NCBI GenBank assembly: GCA_023247445.1
Contig: JAHFGL010000003.1
Coordinates: forward strand, 78,128-142,127
DNA: 64,000 bases
Direction: 5' to 3'
DNA from: Candidatus Omnitrophota bacterium
GTDB taxonomy: Bacteria; Omnitrophota; Gorgyraeia; Zapsychrales; Zapsychraceae
Shown: in pieces, positions 58,581 through 64,000 of the stretch
Layout: each line of letters begins with the position of its first letter
How positions within the stretch are numbered: position 1 is the stretch's first letter
The notes under the pieces: model-generated
Told to the model about the DNA's origin: nothing
The model's input: only the letters and a program-made list of their open reading frames with translations
Database searches by the model: none
Translations under genes and position numbers: made by a program

Positions 58581-58663
58581 TGCGGAAGGAGAGACTCGAA
58601 CTCTCAAGGCTTGCGCCATACGCTTCTGAGACGTACGCGTATACCAAATTCCGCCACTCCCGC
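58581..58663 (-). tRNA. tRNA-Leu(CAG), intact, type II with a long variable arm.
   Basis: Minus strand reads GCGGGAG-TG-GCGGAATTTGGTATACGC-G-TACGT-CTCAGAA-GCGTA-TGGCGCAAGCCTT-GAGAGTTCGAGTCTCTC-CTTCCGC-A. The acceptor pairs 7/7 (one G-U). No CCA is encoded. Confidence 0.8.
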
Positions 58664-58740
58664 GAAAAATATGCTTTCAAAAATATTTAGAAAAGTCAGT
58701 GCTGTACCAACTACCATAAATTTATTAAGGAAAGTTGGTG

Positions 58741-58777
58741 CTGAGACCTGCGTGTCTACCAATTTCACCACTTCCGC
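58741..58777 (-). tRNA. 5' half of a split tRNA-Leu(CAG)-like gene (acceptor 5' strand through anticodon CAG).
   Basis: Minus strand reads GCGGAAG-TG-GTGAAATTGGTAGACAC-G-CAGGT-CTCAG. It pairs with the 3' half at 58456-58500 (acceptor 7/7; anticodon stem CAGGT/GCCTG 5/5 with one G-U). Confidence 0.55.
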
Positions 58778-58943
58778 TCAACCACAAATTTTTGGAAAAG
58801 AGCGGAAGAGTCCTCCGAGCGAGAGCGAAGGAGGGCACTTCCGCAATGATTTCCGCCCAGTATACCCAGAATCAAATAGTCTGTCAATTGATCCACAATG
58901 GAAACGTTTTCAAAGAAAATGGTTTTACCACTTGTGAAATTCT

Positions 58944-58953
58944 GGGGGGGGGG
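58944..58953. repeat. Homopolymeric G10 tract.
   Basis: GGGGGGGGGG lying ~57 bp upstream of the 59010 secreted-protein gene. Confidence 0.9.
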
Positions 58954-59009
58954 TACACTTATATTAAAGTAATTTATAAAATAAATTTTAACAATTTTAT
59001 AAAGGAGAG

Positions 59010-59540
59010 TTGATTATGAGAATGGTTAAATCATTGCTTACAGTAATTTGTGTTTCACTAGGAATGCTGCTTATGACGAGTCTATCACAGGCACAGATGG
59101 TTCCTACACCAGATTTAAAGATTCAATTGATTGCAAAAGATGCAACGACACATTCCAAGGTTACAGCAGCTACTACAGCGATTGAAGTTGACGCATTAAT
59201 CACAAATCTTTCCTCTAATGCGTATGGTGCCATTCTGGTAACGTTAAGTAAAACTAACACTAACCAGAATTCCGCTCTTTATATCACTAATCGTCCAAGT
59301 AATGCTTTCGTTGATCTATATACGGGAAGTGTTTCACAAGCTGGATATGATCCCAATCCGCCTTTTTCTTCACATCTTTATTATATCATTGGGACTGGAC
59401 AAAAATTGACGTTGACTAATGTTAAGAAAACAGAACCGATTGTTCTACATGCTGATTTGCAAATTAAAGTATTTGATCCTTCAGGTGCGGTTTATTCTAC
59501 AATTAAGACCCAGGTGGAAGATGTTATATTTCAACCATAG
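59010..59540 (+). CDS. Hypothetical secreted protein.
   Basis: 176 aa with a signal peptide (..SLSQAQ), no recognisable motif. It is followed by a strong hairpin. Confidence 0.45.
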   Translation: MIMRMVKSLLTVICVSLGMLLMTSLSQAQMVPTPDLKIQLIAKDATTHSKVTAATTAIEVDALITNLSSNAYGAILVTLSKTNTNQNSALYITNRPSNAFVDLYTGSVSQAGYDPNPPFSSHLYYIIGTGQKLTLTNVKKTEPIVLHADLQIKVFDPSGAVYSTIKTQVEDVIFQP

Positions 59541-59574
59541 ATATTGAATGAATGTAAAGAAATGTGTTTTGTTT

Positions 59575-59618
59575 AAAGAAGGCAGCACTTTAAGAATAAA
59601 GTGCTGCCTTCTTTATTA
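59575..59618 (+). terminator. Rho-independent terminator.
   Basis: AAAGAAGGCAGCACTTT-aagaat-AAAGTGCTGCCTTCTTT followed by ATTAT. A 17-bp perfect stem. Confidence 0.7.
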
Positions 59619-59682
59619 TAAATCTTTGCGCGCGCCCTTGATTTTATTTGAAAGATCAATTCTTGTGTTATAATCTCTGCCT

Positions 59683-60138
59683 ATGGGAGAACCAATTGCC
59701 ACCAACAAAAAAGCTTATCGAGACTATTTCCTGTCGGACTTTATGGAAGCGGGCATTGCTTTAACCGGTGGAGAGGTCAAGTCTATTCGCGCCGGAAACG
59801 TGAGCTTTAAAGACGCCTTTGCCCGGATTGATGAGGATGAAGTCTTTCTTTATAATTTGCACATTACGCTATATCCTCAAGCCAGCTATTTAAATGATGA
59901 GCCGGATCGTGTCCGCAAATTGCTCCTTAATAAAAGGGAAATTGGAAGGTTAATTGGTTCTGTTGTACAAAAAAATCTACTTTTAGTGCCAACGAAACTT
60001 TATTTTAATAAGCGGGGAATGGTTAAGGTCGAACTTGCCGTTGGTCGCGGTAAGAAGCAGTACGATAAGAGAGAGACGATTAAAAAGCGTGACATCGATC
60101 GCGACATCAGCCGCGTCATTCGACAGAAGAAGCGTTGA
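59683..60138 (+). CDS. smpB: SsrA-binding protein SmpB.
   Basis: 151 aa with SmpB motifs (IALTGGEVKSIR, YNLHITLY) and a basic C-terminal tail. Confidence 0.9.
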   Translation: MGEPIATNKKAYRDYFLSDFMEAGIALTGGEVKSIRAGNVSFKDAFARIDEDEVFLYNLHITLYPQASYLNDEPDRVRKLLLNKREIGRLIGSVVQKNLLLVPTKLYFNKRGMVKVELAVGRGKKQYDKRETIKKRDIDRDISRVIRQKKR

Positions 60139-60237
60139 GTTTCTAGAATTTGCTAGTTATGGGCGGATGAATTATAATTGCACTACCAAAATCGATCATT
60201 GTTCTTTAAAATTTTACTATACGTTAAACGCTATTTC

Positions 60238-60665
60238 GGGGGTGATCGGTCTCGACTTGAGTTAGCGATGTATAGGTGGCATGCCGAGGAAGCCTAGTAG
60301 GCCTCGTTAATAATCTGGGCAAAAACTAAACGCAGAAAAAACAGCGTTATCGACCTTCGATGCTGAACTTGCATTTGCTACGTCAGTAGCTCCTGTCAAG
60401 AACACAGTGTCTGTTGGTCAATTAGTCTAAGCTCTCGTAGCTTAGCCCTCTTACCAGTCTCGTCTGCGGATTGGAGTTAGGGGACCCTAGCAGGCTCGGG
60501 TGTAAATTCCGTTTCCTGGTTTACATCGACACTTTAAGGAATCTAGTCTTAATTGATCCTGTCTAGCGGAGGGATTAAGATGACGCTTGAAAAGATAGAC
60601 TACGCATGTAGAGGCTTATATAACGAAACCCAAGGACCCGGGTTCGATTCCCGGCACCTCCACCA
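60238..60665 (+). ncRNA. ssrA: tmRNA (SsrA).
   Basis: The 5' end GGGGGUGAUCGGUCUCGAC pairs with the 3' end CACCUCC-ACCA. The terminal tRNA-like domain is GGACCCGGGTTCGATTCCCGGCACCTCCACCA. It lies immediately downstream of smpB. The internal frame from GCA (60332) runs to TAA at 60428 (AEKTALSTFDAELAFA...). Confidence 0.85.
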
Positions 60666-60667
60666 TT

Positions 60668-60736
60668 TCTTTCCACAAGACAAAAAACCTCTGTACCCGA
60701 AAGGGCGGAGGTTTTTTGTTGTCTAGGGAAAGAAAT
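60668..60736. terminator. Nested long hairpin / bidirectional terminator after ssrA.
   Basis: AAAAAACCTC...GAGGTTTTTT inner stem flanked by TTTCTTTCCACAAGAC / GTCTAGGGAAAGAAA outer arms. Further hairpins follow at ~60740-60775 and ~60845-60895. Confidence 0.65.
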
Positions 60737-61052
60737 GGTGGCCCCAGCAACGCTCCTGCGTTGCCGGGGCCATGTCTGCTCCTCAAGACTGGCCAGAAAA
60801 TAAATTTTCTGTCTAGTCTTTTCGTCGCATCCATGTCGGTGCCTGGGCAACAAAGATTTTCGGTATAAAATTAAGGAATCTTTGTTGGCCCGGCACCATT
60901 CTAAAAACAACCAAAATGCAATTAATTCAAAATAAGAGCAGCAAGTATTTAAATAAAACTACTTGCTGTTTTATTTTTTGTGTTAAATTTAATCAGTGTC
61001 CAAACGGTGTCAGCCAAATTATTATTTGTTATAGTAGAGGAATCTTATAAAT

Positions 61053-62588
61053 ATGATTTCTAATTGGTTAAAGCGATGTCGAGGTCTTGTCGATTATTTG
61101 GAAAACGGGCCGACACCAATAAGTTATTTTGTCTTGTCTTTTCTTTCCATCCTTATTCTGCGGACTTTTTGGGAACATACCCTTCTTGTGATGGAACCTG
61201 TCCTGAAGGTTACGGATGATATCCCGCATTACTTGCTTTTTTATACTTCCTTAGCTTTAACGCTAACCTTAATAACATCCAAAGTTGCTCAGGTTGAGAT
61301 TGGAAAAGCCGCCCGCATTGTTATGACAGGATTTGTTGTTCTTTGGATTGTTCCTTTTTATGACCGACTTAGTCATGGCCGAGATCTTTACAGTGTCGCT
61401 TATATATTTCCTGAGCAAGGCCAGATTTTAATGAGATTTTTGACCTTTTTTGGCCCTTTAGAAGATATGGGGGTAACTCCTGGTATGCGACTGGAGGTCT
61501 TTATTGTCATGGTTGTTTGGGGGTTTTATATTTATTTAAAAACGAATAAATTGGGGCGAGCTTTTTTGGGGGCAATTCTAGCCTATATAACAATTTTTGT
61601 TTATATCATTACACCCGTTTGGTTAATTCCTATCATGAACTTCACGGGGCTTACCTATCAATTTAGTCCTCGACTCATCATTGATCTTTTTCTCTTACTG
61701 AGCATGATCCAATTTTTATTGGTTTCTTATATCGCTTCACCAGGTGTCTTTAAGACTTTAATAAAAGATATTCGGTGTACGCGGCTGTTGCATTATCAAT
61801 TGTTTCTTGTTCTTGGTTTTGTCATGGGGTTAAAAACTTCCCTGAGTCCGATTTTTACGGAGCAATGGATTGTTTTTAGGGCTATTGAATTAATGTTGGC
61901 CCTGGGGTTTGCTTGGATTTTTTCAGTAATAATGAATAATATTGTTGATCAAAAAATCGATCGAGTGTCCAATCCTTCTCGGCCACTTATTTCTGGAAAT
62001 ATATCTGTTGAGCTTTATCGGCGAATTGGATGGGGGATGCTGATTGCCGCTATCCTTTTTGCGATTGCGGTTGATCAAGAAACGCTGCTTCTAATTGCGG
62101 CTTTCTTGGCGAGCTATTTTCTTTATTCCATGCCACCTTTTCGGATGAAACGTATTCCTATCATTTCTAAAGTAAGCATTGGATTTAATTCCCTTTTGGC
62201 ATTTATGTTGGGACATATGTTCATTGGTCACAACATTAATATTTCATTAGGCATTATTATCTTTTTTCTTATTTTTTCCTCATTAACGGCCAATTTAATT
62301 GATCTAAAAGATTATAGCGGTGATCTTCAAGCGGGGATACGTACATTACCTGTACTTTGTGGTATGGCGCAAGCGCAAAAGGTGGTTGGAGCAAGTTTTT
62401 TCATTTCATATTTAATTGCAGCTTATGCATTTAAGGTTCCGGAACTTAAATGGTTGTTTTTGGCCGTTGGAGTTCTTCAAGCAGTTCTTATTAACAGGAA
62501 ACCATATAATGAGAAACCTGTTATGGTTTTGCATATAACTGTTATAGCCTTCCTAATTATTTATATTTCTTTGCGTCCTAATTTATAG
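61053..62588 (+). CDS. Polytopic membrane protein with a C-terminal UbiA-family prenyltransferase-like domain.
   Basis: 511 aa. The C-terminal half carries the UbiA-type Asp-rich motif NNIVDQKIDRVSNPSRP. The N-terminal ~280 aa add extra TM helices of unknown function. Confidence 0.5.
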   Translation: MISNWLKRCRGLVDYLENGPTPISYFVLSFLSILILRTFWEHTLLVMEPVLKVTDDIPHYLLFYTSLALTLTLITSKVAQVEIGKAARIVMTGFVVLWIVPFYDRLSHGRDLYSVAYIFPEQGQILMRFLTFFGPLEDMGVTPGMRLEVFIVMVVWGFYIYLKTNKLGRAFLGAILAYITIFVYIITPVWLIPIMNFTGLTYQFSPRLIIDLFLLLSMIQFLLVSYIASPGVFKTLIKDIRCTRLLHYQLFLVLGFVMGLKTSLSPIFTEQWIVFRAIELMLALGFAWIFSVIMNNIVDQKIDRVSNPSRPLISGNISVELYRRIGWGMLIAAILFAIAVDQETLLLIAAFLASYFLYSMPPFRMKRIPIISKVSIGFNSLLAFMLGHMFIGHNINISLGIIIFFLIFSSLTANLIDLKDYSGDLQAGIRTLPVLCGMAQAQKVVGASFFISYLIAAYAFKVPELKWLFLAVGVLQAVLINRKPYNEKPVMVLHITVIAFLIIYISLRPNL

Positions 62589-62900
62589 TGTAATTCTCCT
62601 CACATTGCCTTCCCAAAAACATATGCTATACTTTCAGCAGAAACAGAAGCGTTAGCCGATCTTTAAAAATTTATCTTAGTAAACTATTCGAAAGAGTAGG
62701 ACACAAAGCCGTGAGCCTAAAGTCCTTTTGGACTATGGTTGTCTGGTTGCCATTGCTGATCTAATTAGATCGTAGATACAGTGATGATTGCCTCAAGGAA
62801 GATCTAAAGTCGTAAAGAATTGAGGCTGCGTTTAGTCCAACGCAAAAGGCTTCGTCTTTGTCCCTATCCTTCGTGCCTTAATCATTTAGGAGGGATAAAG

Positions 62901-63143
62901 ATGAAAATAATCCTTTCAGCACTTCTTCTATTAAGTATCAGTACCTTAAGTTACGCTGGTGTCAGCCAAACCCAAAGTTATCGAGTTTCGCTTACAATTC
63001 CTGCCGTTGTTGGATTGAATGTGGGTGTTGAGCCTTCCGCAAATTTAGGAACTTCCAAAGATTTAAAGAATCAGGAAATCATTAAAGAAAGAATTGTCCG
63101 CAACAATACCCCAATCATCCTGGAGACGATTGTCCTGAAGTAG
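62901..63143 (+). CDS. Hypothetical small secreted protein.
   Basis: 81 aa from ATG 62901 (MKIILSALLLLSISTLSYAG...) with a signal peptide, preceded by AGGAGGG. Confidence 0.4.
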   Translation: MKIILSALLLLSISTLSYAGVSQTQSYRVSLTIPAVVGLNVGVEPSANLGTSKDLKNQEIIKERIVRNNTPIILETIVLK

Positions 63144-63145
63144 AA

Positions 63146-64000
63146 CTATTCTTGTGTTTTTGAATTTTTGTTAAGCGGAATGTGGAAGACGTACGTCGTT
63201 CCTTCGCTAACGTCCACTTCATTTTTGATCTTAACGGCGGGGAGATATTCAATAGGAATCGAGTTGATATCGATTGTCATTTGGTGAGTTCCGGCGCCAA
63301 TATTTGAGAAGAAATAATTTCCTTCGAAATCCGTTGTGGTAGATTCTTTCCCATCCAAAATAATTTTTACTTTTGAAATGCGAACATCATATGAATCTGG
63401 TTTGCCGTTTTGATTCTCATCAAAGAAGACCACGCCATAAATTCCAGAGTTTGTCGTTAATCCAAAATTAACATGCTGCGTTCGATGCGGGATAATTAAT
63501 GTATTAACCAAAGAGGGCGTGGAGAATATAAAACCAGAGGGAATAGTTTTCGTGTCAAGGCTCACCTCAACGGACTTGGCATGGACCGAAGTTTTATAAT
63601 GTCCTTTTGTATCCGTTTTGGTTTGTTTTTTTCCAACATTAACGTGGACATTGGCAATGCCAGATTCTTCGGGATCTTGTTTTTTATTATTATTTAAATC
63701 TTTAAAGACAATACCATCAATTTGACCACGTGGATTCCAGACAATCGGAAGTTCCCAGGCGCTACGAATTCCGCTACGAATATCAATTTCATTAAACGCG
63801 GTCGCTCGGTTATTTTCCGCCCACACATTACGCACGCGTCCATCAATAAAAAATTCAAAATCGAGTGTTGGCTTATAACTTAAACCGATACTTCCTGTCG
63901 TGCTATCTTCTCCAGCGAGAAAACTATTTAATCCATCAGTTCCTTCTTCATCACGATAGGAGAAGTCGGAATGCAGCGTCCAATGCTCTGTTAAAGTTCG
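63146..64000 (-). CDS. Secreted protein with a carboxypeptidase-regulatory-like / SdrD-B-like beta-sandwich domain (3'-complete, 5' end outside the window).
   Basis: The frame is open to the window edge, upstream of the listed Met. Domain motif: ...DGKESTTTDFEGNYFFSNIGAGTHQMTI... Confidence 0.5.
   Translation of the reverse strand, partial: RTLTEHWTLHSDFSYRDEEGTDGLNSFLAGEDSTTGSIGLSYKPTLDFEFFIDGRVRNVWAENNRATAFNEIDIRSGIRSAWELPIVWNPRGQIDGIVFKDLNNNKKQDPEESGIANVHVNVGKKQTKTDTKGHYKTSVHAKSVEVSLDTKTIPSGFIFSTPSLVNTLIIPHRTQHVNFGLTTNSGIYGVVFFDENQNGKPDSYDVRISKVKIILDGKESTTTDFEGNYFFSNIGAGTHQMTIDINSIPIEYLPAVKIKNEVDVSEGTTYVFHIPLNKNSKTQE

Noticed and set aside
58611-59013. ORFs 58611-58937 and 58735-59013, predicted across the tRNA cluster.
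   Set aside because: They overlap the tRNA-Leu gene and the split-tRNA halves and have a low-complexity, basic composition. They are spurious translations of structured RNA DNA.
60666-60900. Possible additional small RNA or tRNA after ssrA (several GC-rich hairpins).
   Set aside because: The hairpins lack a tRNA cloverleaf (no T-loop GTTCNANNC with a matching acceptor). They are better explained as stacked terminators.

Overview
This window is a low-GC (~38-40%) bacterial chromosomal segment from an LPS-bearing diderm whose housekeeping gene order closely follows the Bacillus/Firmicutes pattern. Read left to right: dnaB (5'-partial), bamA-skp-lpxD-lpxC/fabZ-lpxA-lpxI, lysS, lolCE-lolD, ilvE-like, mcsA-mcsB-clpC. 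A ~12.8 kb interruption follows, holding mlaEFD, a repeat-flanked accessory cassette, membrane-protein genes, an lgt + radical-SAM cassette bounded by a 184-bp direct repeat, and a RelE/ParE toxin-antitoxin pair. The Firmicute-like order then resumes: radA-yacL-ispD-ispF-cysE-cysS-tmk-holB-yaaT(ricT)-metG, then mtnA, thiL, tsaE, tsaB, alr. On the minus strand are lptF/lptG and comF. The rest of the window contains a large membrane protein, pyrE, a Maf-M48 peptidase fusion, DUF192, the aceE-aceF-lpd operon on the minus strand, a tRNA-Leu(CAG) gene nested inside a second tRNA-Leu(CAG)-like gene that is split in its anticodon loop, smpB + tmRNA, and a UbiA-like membrane protein. Several families of palindromic, MITE-like repeats are present, one of them translated in-frame inside the E2 and E3 linker regions. 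No CRISPR array or rRNA gene was found. Every call rests on reading the translated ORFs and the raw sequence by eye; no database search was possible.
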